Source: a phage | Length of the DNA stretch: 64,000 bases | Reading direction: 5' to 3' (one strand) | NCBI GenBank assembly: GCA_016658885.1 | Contig: GCA_016658885.1_4807.1 | Program-made: the position numbers and the translations under genes | In this document: piece by piece, positions 45,525 through 55,929 of the stretch | Position numbering within the stretch: position 1 is the stretch's first letter | Layout of the letters: each line of letters opens with the position of its first letter | Notes under the pieces: model-generated | Database searches by the model: none | What the model was told of the DNA's origin: nothing | What the model saw: only the letters and a program-made list of their open reading frames with translations

Positions 45525-46085
45525 TTATATTCCTACTGTTGATTTTATTTTATTATATAACGAACTCACAGTTGTAGTCAAACTGACTGGTTCTTTAATA
45601 GCAACACCATTTGATGATTCGTCTGCAGATTGTTTAGGGTCGAAGCTTCCTTGAATGCTAAATGACGTTTGCTCGAAGGTTATTACTATTGAAACTCCAT
45701 TCAAGTTTTCTTCTGACTGGGTTATTTCAACGTCGGACATCGACATTTTACTGGCAATGATGCTTCGTGAAGTTATTGAAAATGTGACTTCGTCATCATC
45801 AAATGAATTTATGATATTTTCAATTGTAGACTGGTCATTGCAAATTACGTTTAACGCCATATGGGCTGGCATTACAACCTTTGCCGCCTGTAGATTGCTT
45901 ACTGAGGATGTGCTTGATACTTCCACCACCTGCATTGCCGTTCCAGCAAGTGGAAATTGAGTGGTTTCTGCTGGTGATGTTATTTCTGCAGATACTGGAG
46001 AAAGCTTTGTCCATACAGGAATCCCTGTTGACTCATTCGTTATGGTCAAAGATTGACCAGAGAGCAGAATCGAAACAAAGTCCAT
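45525..46085 (-). CDS. hypothetical tail protein
   Basis: 186-aa ORF. Confidence 0.4.
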   Translation of the reverse strand: MDFVSILLSGQSLTITNESTGIPVWTKLSPVSAEITSPAETTQFPLAGTAMQVVEVSSTSSVSNLQAAKVVMPAHMALNVICNDQSTIENIINSFDDDEVTFSITSRSIIASKMSMSDVEITQSEENLNGVSIVITFEQTSFSIQGSFDPKQSADESSNGVAIKEPVSLTTTVSSLYNKIKSTVGI

Positions 46086-46618
46086 CAGAACATCCCCTTG
46101 ATGCCATTCATCACCTTTGTTGCAACGCCAGTGACGCTGGCAGTGGTTTCTTTTATATAAGCTATGCCGCGCTCGATGACAGTTGAGTCGGCTGCTTGCG
46201 CTGTTTGAATAGACACATCCTGCTGTGTTAATATTTCGTGGAATACCAGTTGTATGGGTTGTGAAGTTATATTGTCAGCATCTTGGCTGAAATTGTTATT
46301 TTGCAGCACCATACGTTCAAATATTAGCCCACGAGAATTTATTGTGTATATCGTGGACCTGTTTTGCAACATCTTTGCGATTGCGTCGGACGCGCTTTTT
46401 GTCTGTGCTATTACAGTCACAGTCAATATTCTAGGCATTTTGACTCTGCCATCGACGATATAGCTTCCGTCTTCCCTTTGGTTTTTGAATATCTTTGCTT
46501 GGAGTCTTATTTTAACGTTAACAATCGCCCAACCAAGCGTTGACACTTCCCCAAGGTTGAAGCTTCTTATTGTGAAGCTTCTGTTGGAAAGACTATATGA
46601 CAATAAATCGATAGCCAT
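46085..46618 (-). CDS. hypothetical tail protein
   Basis: 177-aa ORF. Confidence 0.4.
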   Translation of the reverse strand: MAIDLLSYSLSNRSFTIRSFNLGEVSTLGWAIVNVKIRLQAKIFKNQREDGSYIVDGRVKMPRILTVTVIAQTKSASDAIAKMLQNRSTIYTINSRGLIFERMVLQNNNFSQDADNITSQPIQLVFHEILTQQDVSIQTAQAADSTVIERGIAYIKETTASVTGVATKVMNGIKGMF

Positions 46619-47115
46619 TAAATTGACCCCAATATGCTCTGCACCACGCCTTTTGCAATTTGCGATGTGCTCTGTGCGCCGCCGTAGCTGGCAAACACGA
46701 ATGTGTATCTGTTTGTCTTACGACGACCGGACTGCTCAATGGAGTCGCCAAGCGGACCGCTGATGATGGTCCCGTTCGAAAACGCCACTCTGCCGCCATC
46801 AGGATATGTAATAAGCATTGATGTGACATCCTGGATAGGAAGCCACTTGAATCCGCCTTTACGAGCGGAAAGCAAAAGCTTTAGGTTTATGTCGTCTTCA
46901 GTGTTTGGGATCACTGCAATGGATACGCGAACGACGGCGGCCTTGTCATAAATACAAATGCCGCCGTCATAAGTAAGTTGATAGCCTACTGATTCAACTT
47001 CCTCAATAATTAGCGAATCCTGGTCATCAGACAAAGAACTGATATTCAGCCCAACAGGGAAAGATTGGAGAGCGACAATTCTAATGCTTGTGCCAAATCC
47101 ACTAATATTGACCAT
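46618..47115 (-). CDS. tail tube-like protein, paralog B
   Basis: 165 aa; N-terminus MVNISGFGTSIRIVA nearly identical to MINVSGFGASIRLVA of 48066..48533. Confidence 0.45.
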   Translation of the reverse strand: MVNISGFGTSIRIVALQSFPVGLNISSLSDDQDSLIIEEVESVGYQLTYDGGICIYDKAAVVRVSIAVIPNTEDDINLKLLLSARKGGFKWLPIQDVTSMLITYPDGGRVAFSNGTIISGPLGDSIEQSGRRKTNRYTFVFASYGGAQSTSQIAKGVVQSILGSI

Positions 47116-47117
47116 GT

Positions 47118-47384
47118 TTACTCCGCAGATGCAGATTTAACTGCCGCAAGAATTTCATCCTTATAAGAAAGACCTTTGATGTCAATCTCATGTTCCTTTG
47201 CATAAGCCTTCAATTCAGAGACGCTCATTGAATCAAAATCAACTTTCGACTCTACTGGCTTCTCTTCTACCTGTTCTTTCTTTTCCGCAACAGGCTTTGA
47301 AGTCTTGTTAAATAATTCCGATGCGTCTTCAAATTTTTCGCCAAATTTCATGACGCCATTAGCAAAATGAATTACTTGTGCCAT
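47118..47384 (-). CDS. hypothetical protein with C-terminal SAP/Rho_N-like helix motif
   Basis: 88 aa; SELKAYAKEHEIDIKGLSYKDEILAAVK. Confidence 0.4.
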   Translation of the reverse strand: MAQVIHFANGVMKFGEKFEDASELFNKTSKPVAEKKEQVEEKPVESKVDFDSMSVSELKAYAKEHEIDIKGLSYKDEILAAVKSASAE

Positions 47385-47740
47385 TATTGATTACTCACCT
47401 TTATACGTTCGCCATAAATAGTCACCACTTCAGCGGTAAATCCAAGAATACCGTTTTGGATGGTGACAGTCAATGAGTCGATTCCGGCAACGTCTGCTTT
47501 CTTCAGAATAGCATCTGCAATCGACTTTCTCGCACCGTCTTCATCAACGGGCGATTTGAAAACAGTGCCTAAATAATCGACTCCGTTTTCAACATCGTAC
47601 AAGTCTTCACCAAGTCGCATTTGATGCGCCGCCTTGATAACTTGTACCATGGCCTTTTCTCCTGACAGAATATTCAAATTTCTTCCATCAGGCAGAAACA
47701 GGTCATTGTTATCATTAACTTCAATCGTTAGAGTTGTCAA
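47384..47740 (-). CDS. hypothetical structural protein
   Basis: 118-aa ORF; apparent TTG start with GGAG SD. Confidence 0.35.
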   Translation of the reverse strand: MTTLTIEVNDNNDLFLPDGRNLNILSGEKAMVQVIKAAHQMRLGEDLYDVENGVDYLGTVFKSPVDEDGARKSIADAILKKADVAGIDSLTVTIQNGILGFTAEVVTIYGERIKVSNQ

Positions 47741-48066
47741 ATTGCAAACTCCGCTTCAGCAGTTTTCTGGAATTCAGCCAACTCAGATTCTGACATGTAA
47801 TATAAATTACAGCCGCCAGAGTTAAAATGCTCATAATCGGGTACGCTGTCAAAAATAAAGTTGCCGTACCCAATCATGAGATATTTATAAGGCACCATTG
47901 GTATACCACCAAAACAACGTACCCCCTGAATCAACAATTCGCCATTGCGGTAAACATCTGCGCACATGTGCTCAATTGCGGCGAATATGTGCAGCTGCCA
48001 ATAAGCACCGTCAACGTTAAAGCTGATATTCTGGTTAGGTACGCTGTCAAGTGGTATTTGATACAT
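47737..48066 (-). CDS. hypothetical structural protein
   Basis: 109-aa ORF. Confidence 0.4.
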   Translation of the reverse strand: MYQIPLDSVPNQNISFNVDGAYWQLHIFAAIEHMCADVYRNGELLIQGVRCFGGIPMVPYKYLMIGYGNFIFDSVPDYEHFNSGGCNLYYMSESELAEFQKTAEAEFAI

Positions 48067-48533
48067 TATAAAATCTCTTGGTTGCTCACGCCAGTTTTGA
48101 CTACGTTCTCAAACTTAAAGCGATATTGACGTGTTTTTACACGACCCTGAGACTGGATGCCAGGAATCACTGAACCAGTCGTCAAAGTTCCCTTGTTCAG
48201 TGTGATGACCATGCCAGAAGGGTAGGTCAGAATAAGGGTGATCACGTCTTTCGCAGAGTTCTTGCGCTTGCCTACACGGTTAGCCGCTGCCAGAACATCT
48301 AAGTTTACATCGCTTTCAGAAGTAGGGATGATGTTGACGCCTACTTCAAGAGGGTTGGCACGGTTCCAGACTACCAAGTCACCGTTCAATCCCATTGCCG
48401 CTTCAGAGATTTGAAGATCAGGCGCGTCAATCGGATCAGCATCATCTGCGAAATCAGAAAGAGTTACACCATTTGGAAAAGTGTTTGATGCCACTAAACG
48501 AATCGAAGCGCCAAAACCGGAAACGTTAATCAT
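48066..48533 (-). CDS. tail tube-like protein, paralog A
   Basis: 155 aa; directly downstream of sheath-like gene; paralogous to 46618..47115. Confidence 0.45.
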   Translation of the reverse strand: MINVSGFGASIRLVASNTFPNGVTLSDFADDADPIDAPDLQISEAAMGLNGDLVVWNRANPLEVGVNIIPTSESDVNLDVLAAANRVGKRKNSAKDVITLILTYPSGMVITLNKGTLTTGSVIPGIQSQGRVKTRQYRFKFENVVKTGVSNQEIL

Positions 48534-48580
48534 TACAGATTCCTCTCAGAGAGATGGCCGCCAGTTACGGCGGCAATTAT

Positions 48581-50119
48581 TTAGATAAGGACGTCACGAC
48601 CTTCAACGCGACGCACAGCATCATCTTTAGAGTAGATTAGCGTGTATGTTGCATAGTATTCGGTGCGCCCATCGGAAGTGGTTTCAGTATCAAAATCTAC
48701 AGTCAGCCAGTAACCGATAGTTTCAACCTGCCGCCAAGCAGTGTTGTCACCGGAAGTTTGCGTGATGTATTGTTTCTGAATCTCAGTCAGCGCCTTGCCA
48801 ACAGAGATGGTGCCGTTAACCTTCGCATTGTCAACAGCAACTTGAATCATGGCTTGTACAGTAGCTTTACCTTCTTCGTTTGCAGGCACGCGACCAAGAT
48901 TCAAGAACATGCTGAACAGCTGAGAAGTGATAGCAGATTTAAGCCACATCTCGTTGGCATAAGTATTCATGTCAACTGCTGCGGTAGACCCGCCCATCAG
49001 AACGCCACGCTGGAAGAATGCGAGCGTTTGACCAGCTTGCTGAGTAGCGCCGATATAGTTTGCACGGTTTTGATCAGCAGTATCTGCGCGTGAATCAGTC
49101 GATACAGTCACATTTCGCGTTTCAAACTGATAATACATGTAGTTTTGAGTTGCGTTTACAGTATTATAGTTTGTCGCCGCGAGAATTTCAGCAGGTGCCT
49201 GGTCGATGTAATCATTCGCGAGGTTGGTTGCACGGATCATCATGCCAACGCCTGAGTAACCTTTCAGCGCGGTATAGTATGAGCCGATGTTGGCGAATGC
49301 AGTCGAGAACAGATACATGTACATATTGTTCTGCGAGTGAGTCCAAGCTGCAACAGCTGTGATTTCTTCCAGCGTTCGGTCTGCTCCAGCGAAAAGGAAT
49401 GAGCCAAAGTTGTTGGAAATCTCTACAGATGCCGCGATGGCTTCTACCGGACTTGCTACACCCTGACCAGCGACCGTAACGGTGCCAGTAGTCGTCCAAC
49501 CAAGCGCCTGAGATGGGTCTGTCGGTTGACCTGTTACGTTAATCGAAAGGTTTCCAGCACCAGCGGTGGACGGTGCGGCTTCTAAAGTGAACTGCTGGGT
49601 GTTGGCGTTCCAATACACTTCTGCATCAGCAAGTGCAGGCACAGACGTGCCACCTTCTGCTGCAAACTTGGTATTAATTGCCGTTTCCAAAAGTTCCGCT
49701 ACGTTGGCAAGGCTTGTTGCCGCTGAAAGGTTGATGGCGTCAGTCAGGTAGTCTGTGCCGTCATAAGTGATGCTTAGGATAGCGCCAGTGAATGCCTGAA
49801 AAGTAGCAAGCGTTTTAGGCTCAGTATCGCCGATAACCATTGCAGGAATCGCCGTGGATACAACGCGAGAAAAGCTGATTGAATCAGGCGAGTTGATTTG
49901 CTTGCTGATGAATCCAAAATACAGTGCTGCGCGCTTGTATTCTTCGGAAGAAAAACCGAAATATGATCCAACGGCATCAGCAGTTGAAAATTCTGCTACA
50001 ATGCCTGGCGGCAGAACTGTATTGGAAGTCATGATGCGAAGCGACAGTTTGCGAACTGCAACAGCCGCGCCTGCTCCGACCCCTGATACAATTTTAATAT
50101 AACGAGATTGACTGATCAC
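48581..50119 (-). CDS. putative tail sheath protein
   Basis: 512 aa, GTG start with AAGAGGA SD; size and position before tube-like gene. Confidence 0.4.
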   Translation of the reverse strand: MISQSRYIKIVSGVGAGAAVAVRKLSLRIMTSNTVLPPGIVAEFSTADAVGSYFGFSSEEYKRAALYFGFISKQINSPDSISFSRVVSTAIPAMVIGDTEPKTLATFQAFTGAILSITYDGTDYLTDAINLSAATSLANVAELLETAINTKFAAEGGTSVPALADAEVYWNANTQQFTLEAAPSTAGAGNLSINVTGQPTDPSQALGWTTTGTVTVAGQGVASPVEAIAASVEISNNFGSFLFAGADRTLEEITAVAAWTHSQNNMYMYLFSTAFANIGSYYTALKGYSGVGMMIRATNLANDYIDQAPAEILAATNYNTVNATQNYMYYQFETRNVTVSTDSRADTADQNRANYIGATQQAGQTLAFFQRGVLMGGSTAAVDMNTYANEMWLKSAITSQLFSMFLNLGRVPANEEGKATVQAMIQVAVDNAKVNGTISVGKALTEIQKQYITQTSGDNTAWRQVETIGYWLTVDFDTETTSDGRTEYYATYTLIYSKDDAVRRVEGRDVLI

Positions 50120-50131
50120 GTCGGTGTCCTC

Positions 50132-50617
50132 TTATTTAATGACTTGGCTGCTGACAGATTGCCACATAAGGCTGGTGTGAATCAAAGGCTTGTCGAATCC
50201 CTTCACACGTACAGTATATCTGGCGTTTGGCTGCCACGGTCCGTTTTTAATTGATTCGACAATCTTTGCTTCCATCGCAAGCCCAATTTGACCCAATGCC
50301 TGTCTAGCGTCTATTTTACCGGAAAAAATTTTTTTAGCAATTTTATTCTCTATTTCACTGCGCTCACTAACGAATAATTCATAGGCGTATCTCATGAATG
50401 GTCTGGGTGGCACTTCTACCCTGACTGGTCCTTGTCCAAAGTTCAAAACGGCTATGTGACCAAATTCATTAAGCCGCGCAACTTCTGACACCAGAATACC
50501 TTCTCCACCAGTTTCTGAAGGGTATCTGGTAGAGTCAAACCATCCTGCCTCAACAGTAAGACCCTTCATTGATTGAAGCGCCTTTATCTGTTTTTCTATC
50601 ATTTTTGATTTTGTCAT
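50132..50617 (-). CDS. hypothetical head-tail joining/completion protein
   Basis: About 161 aa from ATG at 50617. Confidence 0.35.
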   Translation of the reverse strand: MTKSKMIEKQIKALQSMKGLTVEAGWFDSTRYPSETGGEGILVSEVARLNEFGHIAVLNFGQGPVRVEVPPRPFMRYAYELFVSERSEIENKIAKKIFSGKIDARQALGQIGLAMEAKIVESIKNGPWQPNARYTVRVKGFDKPLIHTSLMWQSVSSQVIK

Positions 50618-50618
50618 A

Positions 50619-51194
50619 TCACACCGGAATATCGCCCAAATCGTTATTAACAGCTCTTGCAACAGCAGGCGTGTCAATTGAAATTGCGTTTCTGTGAAGG
50701 ATTACCAAATCAAAAGAAGGGAATGATTCAAACTGCGACATGTCGTCATAGAACTTTTCATTGTTGTTCATGTCGACTCTATATACTGAAGCCTGATGCT
50801 TTTTAAACCAATCCCTTAAATTAGCCTTGTGGGTTATGAATCTTGCCAAATAAGTCAAAACGTCATTAGCCGTAGGCTTTTCTGGATTGCCAGGGACTTC
50901 TGGGAATAAGCCACTAATTTGAAAACGTGTTGCGTATATCTGATCTTCAATATCTTTAAATTTGCCATTAACGAATTGAGATTCATCATTGACAAATTCA
51001 TTCTTTCTCATCGACCAACCGAATGGAACTGAGAATAAAAGGTTAAACCAAATTTGGTCACCAGTCGGAATACCCTGTTGAGTCGGTTGATACTTTTTCT
51101 GGACCGGAACAGCAGAAAGGTCTGCACGACTATACGCCGCCAGACCTTCTTCAATTCGCGTTGCCAGCATGTCAATCAGGTCGACATCTGTCAT
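50619..51194 (-). CDS. hypothetical structural protein
   Basis: About 191 aa from ATG at 51194. Confidence 0.4.
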   Translation of the reverse strand: MTDVDLIDMLATRIEEGLAAYSRADLSAVPVQKKYQPTQQGIPTGDQIWFNLLFSVPFGWSMRKNEFVNDESQFVNGKFKDIEDQIYATRFQISGLFPEVPGNPEKPTANDVLTYLARFITHKANLRDWFKKHQASVYRVDMNNNEKFYDDMSQFESFPSFDLVILHRNAISIDTPAVARAVNNDLGDIPV

Positions 51195-51201
51195 ATACAC
51201 C

Positions 51202-51588
51202 TCAAGTAGACACTGGAAAGCTTTGTTTTATTTCCACGGCAAGGCAAGTCGTCCAACCATCTTGTTCAAACCATGTCGTTTCATCTTCCATTTTATACGT
51301 TTTCCCACCAAACACAAAATAGTCGCCGGAAGCGTCGCGGTCAAGGTCAACGATGTCTTTGTCCACCCAGATTTTGACATAGTTCTTTTGAAGCTCTAAT
51401 CCAAGCTCGACGTATTGGTTTCGAAGTACAGCCTGCACCGAAGCAAGTAGAGTGATTGGTTTTTCATAAGTGGTAACATAGTTGCGCATCTTATCAAGGG
51501 CGCGCCCCTTGTACATGTAATATTGAATCGGTTGGCGACCGATGACCTTTGTCGCAACTCGATATAAGTTTACGCCAGGAATCCTCAC
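51202..51588 (-). CDS. hypothetical structural protein
   Basis: 128 aa, GTG start with GGTGGGG SD. Confidence 0.4.
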   Translation of the reverse strand: MRIPGVNLYRVATKVIGRQPIQYYMYKGRALDKMRNYVTTYEKPITLLASVQAVLRNQYVELGLELQKNYVKIWVDKDIVDLDRDASGDYFVFGGKTYKMEDETTWFEQDGWTTCLAVEIKQSFPVST

Positions 51589-52040
51589 CAGAATACCCCA
51601 CCAATTTTACGAAATCCTTCGCGCTCTGGAAGACCGCCAAACGACAAGCCGCCGACAGCCAGTGCTTGCAGAAGCGCCCAAAGCGCCATGCCATAAGGAG
51701 TGCTTGAAAGCCAGTATTCCCAGCCATCACTCGCAGGCGGCGCGACTTTATTCACTGTGATGTCACCAATTGTTGCGCCAGTCACGAAGCCGCCTTGTTC
51801 AACTCCGTCACCAGAAGACACGGACACCTGTTGGTCTGTGGCTATGCATAAAAGATGAGCCGTCATATATTCCAATGCCAGCTCCAATTTACTGCCATTT
51901 AAAACACGACAAGGACTGTCTTGTGATTCAATAAATTCACATGCCATGTCATAGAATACTTGAAGCGTTGTGTCAGGGAATTTTACCTGATCAGCAAACT
52001 GTGGAAATTTTATTCTGAACTTTTCGTAATCTAATGACAT
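51585..52040 (-). CDS. putative head-tail connector/adaptor protein
   Basis: About 151 aa from ATG at 52040 (AGGTGA SD); C-terminal GWEYWLSSTPYG-type motif. Confidence 0.35.
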   Translation of the reverse strand: MSLDYEKFRIKFPQFADQVKFPDTTLQVFYDMACEFIESQDSPCRVLNGSKLELALEYMTAHLLCIATDQQVSVSSGDGVEQGGFVTGATIGDITVNKVAPPASDGWEYWLSSTPYGMALWALLQALAVGGLSFGGLPEREGFRKIGGVFW

Positions 52041-52054
52041 GGCATTCACCTTAT

Positions 52055-52519
52055 TTAAACGCGGAACAAATCATCTTCTTGTTCGCCGCTCAATTTAACC
52101 TTGATGCGCTTGTCAGCCGTCTCACGCGTCATAGGTGCGAACGGGTCATCTGACATGCCGCGCACTTCTTTAGCGACAGCTTTATGATTGCCAACGATGT
52201 CGTGGTTAACCACTTTAACCAGACCTTTTTCAAGGTGCTGCTTGAATACGTGATGATCTTTTAAATGTTCAAAATCAGCATCGCTTACAACGGTGACGAT
52301 TCCTTCAGGAGTCCACAAAGGTGCACCATCAGCGCCTTTTGCCATTTCACCAAAGCCGGAAGTTGCCGAAGTAAGACCAGCACCGCCCTTGATCAGAATC
52401 TGTTTGCGAATATTTGGAAGAGCGCCTGAACCAGCTTTTGCATTCGGGTTTTCTTTCACTTCCGTATAGAAAGTGTAGTTGACTGACATAGACATAGTTG
52501 AAACGATGTATTTTGGCAT
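52055..52519 (-). CDS. hypothetical structural protein
   Basis: 154-aa ORF downstream of major capsid gene. Confidence 0.4.
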   Translation of the reverse strand: MPKYIVSTMSMSVNYTFYTEVKENPNAKAGSGALPNIRKQILIKGGAGLTSATSGFGEMAKGADGAPLWTPEGIVTVVSDADFEHLKDHHVFKQHLEKGLVKVVNHDIVGNHKAVAKEVRGMSDDPFAPMTRETADKRIKVKLSGEQEDDLFRV

Positions 52520-52581
52520 TTTGTAGTCCTATTTATATAAGCCTCAGATAAGCCCCTACAGCCCTTGAGGTCTATTGATAT

Positions 52582-52607
52582 GGGGCGAAGCCTTTCGACC
52601 ACGCCCC
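52582..52607 (-). other. GC stem-loop immediately downstream of major capsid gene
   Basis: ggggcg-(14 nt)-cgcccc; no clean T-run on the transcribed strand. Confidence 0.35.
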
Positions 52608-52634
52608 ATGTGTTTTACTGTGTAATCACAGCAA

Positions 52635-53774
52635 TTAAATACCAGTCATACGGACGACTGCGAACGGACGCTTGAGCAGAACGCCTGCTGTTGCGTTTGC
52701 GTAGTCTTCAACGTAGCTCTTAGCACGCTTTTCAACGCCCAGAGTCATGAACTTGGTTTGAACCAGCTGACTGAATACGGAACCATCATCGCTTGAACCA
52801 TCGATTGAGGAATCGATGTGATCAGCGTACAGGTATGCCACGTTCAAGAAAGTCGGGTCGCTGCCAAGTGCGCCGTTGAGTTCCGGTGCAGACTTGATCT
52901 TCATCTTCGGATAAGTCTGGGTGATCCAGTCACGTACAGAAATACCGAAGTCAGTGGTGTTTGACAGCCAATCGATAGAGTTGGTCGGCAGCGCCAGAGT
53001 CATGTCAACCTTCTCTGGATCAATCTGGTCCTGAGAGTTCACACGAATTTGACGAACCATCAAACGGATGTCTGCAGTCACCTGTTGGAAGGTCGCAGTA
53101 GCCCAGCCGGAAGTGGTGTTGGAAGTCATCGCCGCTGGCAGGTTTGGATCATTCAGGAAGCCGAACGTGCGGTTGTTCCCGTTGTACCAACCATAGAAGC
53201 CGATTGCGTTACGCATGATTTCCAGAGATACAGCAGCCTGCTGGCGCTTGGTTTCTGCGGAGTTCAGACGCATCGCAGACGCGCGGCCTTCTTCCAGCAT
53301 ACCAACTGCCATACCCATTTCGCCACGAACGATAGAGCGACGTTCAAAGTTTACGTTCCAGCTTGCAAGAGGAATAGCGGTGAAATCACCATATTCAACT
53401 GCGGTGCCAGCTGGTTCAACGATGCCCTGAACGATTTCTGCATCTTCCCACTGGCCAACGGTATCAATACCAACCAGCTCGTCGATTTTACGAGCGGCGG
53501 TCATGATTTTGACGAAGCCAGGCAACCACTGCTGCAGGAACTGCAACGGGGTCGGGATTGACGGAGTGGTCTGCGGCGCAGTAAACGCGGCATCACCTAC
53601 GCGGAAAGCGCCTGCACGGTTTAAGTGCTCAATCTGATCACGCACAATCGCGGAATCAAACACAATACCGATACGAGCAAGCTGGGAAACAGCCGCGTCG
53701 GTTACGGATTGCATATCAAAAGGACGCACCTTGCTCGCTGGGAGGCGAGAGTGTGTTTGGCTAATGCGAGTCAT
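52635..53774 (-). CDS. putative major capsid protein
   Basis: 379 aa, AGGTGA SD; position after scaffold gene and small structural gene; family assignment by size and position. Confidence 0.5.
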   Translation of the reverse strand: MTRISQTHSRLPASKVRPFDMQSVTDAAVSQLARIGIVFDSAIVRDQIEHLNRAGAFRVGDAAFTAPQTTPSIPTPLQFLQQWLPGFVKIMTAARKIDELVGIDTVGQWEDAEIVQGIVEPAGTAVEYGDFTAIPLASWNVNFERRSIVRGEMGMAVGMLEEGRASAMRLNSAETKRQQAAVSLEIMRNAIGFYGWYNGNNRTFGFLNDPNLPAAMTSNTTSGWATATFQQVTADIRLMVRQIRVNSQDQIDPEKVDMTLALPTNSIDWLSNTTDFGISVRDWITQTYPKMKIKSAPELNGALGSDPTFLNVAYLYADHIDSSIDGSSDDGSVFSQLVQTKFMTLGVEKRAKSYVEDYANATAGVLLKRPFAVVRMTGI

Positions 53775-53788
53775 TATTCACCTGCCTA

Positions 53789-54406
53789 TTAACGAGTCAA
53801 TTGTGCAATGGTATAAGTGGAAGACTGGACGCTTGGGCCGGAAAGGGCAATAGCAGTCGGGTCAATCACGATACCGCCTGGAATGGCAACCATGCCAGCT
53901 GGCAGTGAGCCAGTATAGGCGATAATTGCACCAATAGGCAAGTTGTTCGGGTTGTCCGTGCTGGAGATGCCTTTAGGTACATAAGCGAGCAAATCGCCGT
54001 AGTTCAACGTCTGCGGGCTGGTGCTTGGGTTGAATACTTCAACTACGAGGCCCGTGCACATATCGTAGAACTCGCCTTCGCTATATTGAGGCAGGACCAT
54101 GCTGGCACCCAAAGGACCAGTAGAGTTGCCATACAGCGCGTAACGCTTGCTATTGCCGAGGATGCCGTAGTAGTTGGTGCCGCCAAGCTCAACTTCAAAG
54201 TCCTGCGCGCCCAAAGTTTTGGTTTGACCAGTACCCATTAAGGATACGTCAGCCTTAAAACCGAACACACGGCTGATGGCGTTTACGTTTGCGCCTTCGT
54301 TGGCGTTGGCAATTCGGCCTGGCTTCCCACGCTGTGGGCCGTCGCGAACGATGTCGCCAGGAAAGCCAGTTGTATATTGACGGCCTACACTAGTTTGGAA
54401 AGTCAT
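53789..54406 (-). CDS. putative capsid-associated structural protein
   Basis: About 205 aa from ATG at 54406 (AAAGGGGA SD); Gly/Thr/Ser-rich. Confidence 0.4.
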   Translation of the reverse strand: MTFQTSVGRQYTTGFPGDIVRDGPQRGKPGRIANANEGANVNAISRVFGFKADVSLMGTGQTKTLGAQDFEVELGGTNYYGILGNSKRYALYGNSTGPLGASMVLPQYSEGEFYDMCTGLVVEVFNPSTSPQTLNYGDLLAYVPKGISSTDNPNNLPIGAIIAYTGSLPAGMVAIPGGIVIDPTAIALSGPSVQSSTYTIAQLTR

Positions 54407-54408
54407 GT

Positions 54409-55821
54409 TTATTCCCCTTTCAACCAAGCTTCAAATGCTTCGTCAGTTGCTGCAGAATCCGCAGCGGCCTTTTGTTTTGCGACTACACGCTGTTTTTGAC
54501 CGTGTTCAACGCCGCGTAGATAATTATCCACCACGTCAAACTCAGCACCATCAACGCACTTCAAGCCTAACTTTTTAGCGCCATATTTCGCTACGGACTT
54601 GGAGTCCATAGTTGCATGATCAAAGGCACCAACAACTTTAGACAGGCGCTGGTAGAGGCTATTCTTACGAGCAGAATCAGCGTAGAAAGCAGCAACTGCT
54701 GAATCAGATGCCATTGAGTGTTCCCCTTTTGCTGGACCTGGCGACGCTTTCGCCGCTTTTGTCGGTTTGTCATCTTTTTCGACCGAAGCCCCCTTTACGT
54801 TGCTGTTTTGCAGGCCGCTAACCACATCTTCAGCTTTGTCGCAAGGTGATACATCTTCAGCCTTGACTTCAACTTCTTCGTCTTTGACTTCGGCTTCAAC
54901 TTCTTCTTCATCACCTACCGCGCCACCTTTCAGTTTTGCAATAAGTGCTTCGATTTGGCTGATCAGTTGCGGAAGCTCGCCGCCAGCGTGAGATTCAGTT
55001 TCAACTTCAAACTTCTCTTCACCTTCTGGAGTCTCTTCAGCTTCTGCTTTGACTTCTGGATCAACCATCACTTCTTCACGTTCTTCGGTTGAATCCTTCT
55101 CTTCTGCTTTCACTTCAACTTCGTCCTGATGAGCAGCTTCGGTGCTCTCTTCATTCAGAAATTGTTCGAGCGCAGGGATCAGTGATTTCAGCTGTTCAAC
55201 AGCATTATCACGCGCTTTACCTTTTAACGGTTTTGGCATGTCTAAATCCTCGTTGGATGGTGTTACAGTCGTCAAACAAAGATGGTCAAAGCAACGACCA
55301 TCCAGCACCCGTGCACCTGGTACTCGACCAACGTCCACGAGAGCAATGTGGTTGCCGCGAAGAGTTGTTTGTACCACTTCATACGGCTGCCCGTCAAACT
55401 CTCCAGACTGTATGATGAATTCACAGTCATAGCCCAAAGACAAGTCAACCTTTCCAGAATCGATGGCCTTCTTCAGACGACGGCTAAAAACTTTAAGGTC
55501 GCCGCGCATCCATGGCTTGTCATAATAAACATTGCCAGTTAGAACGCCATCAACGCCATACTCTTCGGGTGCTGTGTTATCCTCATCACCTTCGAATCCA
55601 GAAAGCATTTCGTGATTGTCGATGAAAGGGATATTTTTGAATGAATCTATCGCTTCGGGGTCTTTCACCGCTGACTCTGGGCGATAAACTTTTACGATGC
55701 GATTCGGATCACCATCAAGTCCAACCTGACCTGCAGAATAATCAAAAATGCCAAATGACGAAATGGGACAACCCACAATCGTCAAGAATCCATTTTTGTC
55801 AATTTCGCGTGCCGTTTGCAT
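54409..55821 (-). CDS. putative scaffolding protein (possible prohead protease-scaffold fusion)
   Basis: About 470 aa; globular N-domain then highly acidic Glu/Lys-rich coiled-coil C-region; first gene of late capsid operon. Confidence 0.45.
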   Translation of the reverse strand: MQTAREIDKNGFLTIVGCPISSFGIFDYSAGQVGLDGDPNRIVKVYRPESAVKDPEAIDSFKNIPFIDNHEMLSGFEGDEDNTAPEEYGVDGVLTGNVYYDKPWMRGDLKVFSRRLKKAIDSGKVDLSLGYDCEFIIQSGEFDGQPYEVVQTTLRGNHIALVDVGRVPGARVLDGRCFDHLCLTTVTPSNEDLDMPKPLKGKARDNAVEQLKSLIPALEQFLNEESTEAAHQDEVEVKAEEKDSTEEREEVMVDPEVKAEAEETPEGEEKFEVETESHAGGELPQLISQIEALIAKLKGGAVGDEEEVEAEVKDEEVEVKAEDVSPCDKAEDVVSGLQNSNVKGASVEKDDKPTKAAKASPGPAKGEHSMASDSAVAAFYADSARKNSLYQRLSKVVGAFDHATMDSKSVAKYGAKKLGLKCVDGAEFDVVDNYLRGVEHGQKQRVVAKQKAAADSAATDEAFEAWLKGE

Positions 55822-55929
55822 TCGCATCCACCCTCAAATAAGTATTGTGTATTATATCTAATGAAAAAAACTTAGGCAAACAATAATTATGGTTTGAATA
55901 TGTATAACAACCGATATAGCCGCGCCTTA

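Noticed and set aside
45107-46085. Programmed frameshift in tail chaperone genes upstream of the tape measure gene
   Set aside because: The two upstream ORFs are arranged end to end with no overlapping extended frame; no obvious slippery heptamer seen by eye, so not called.
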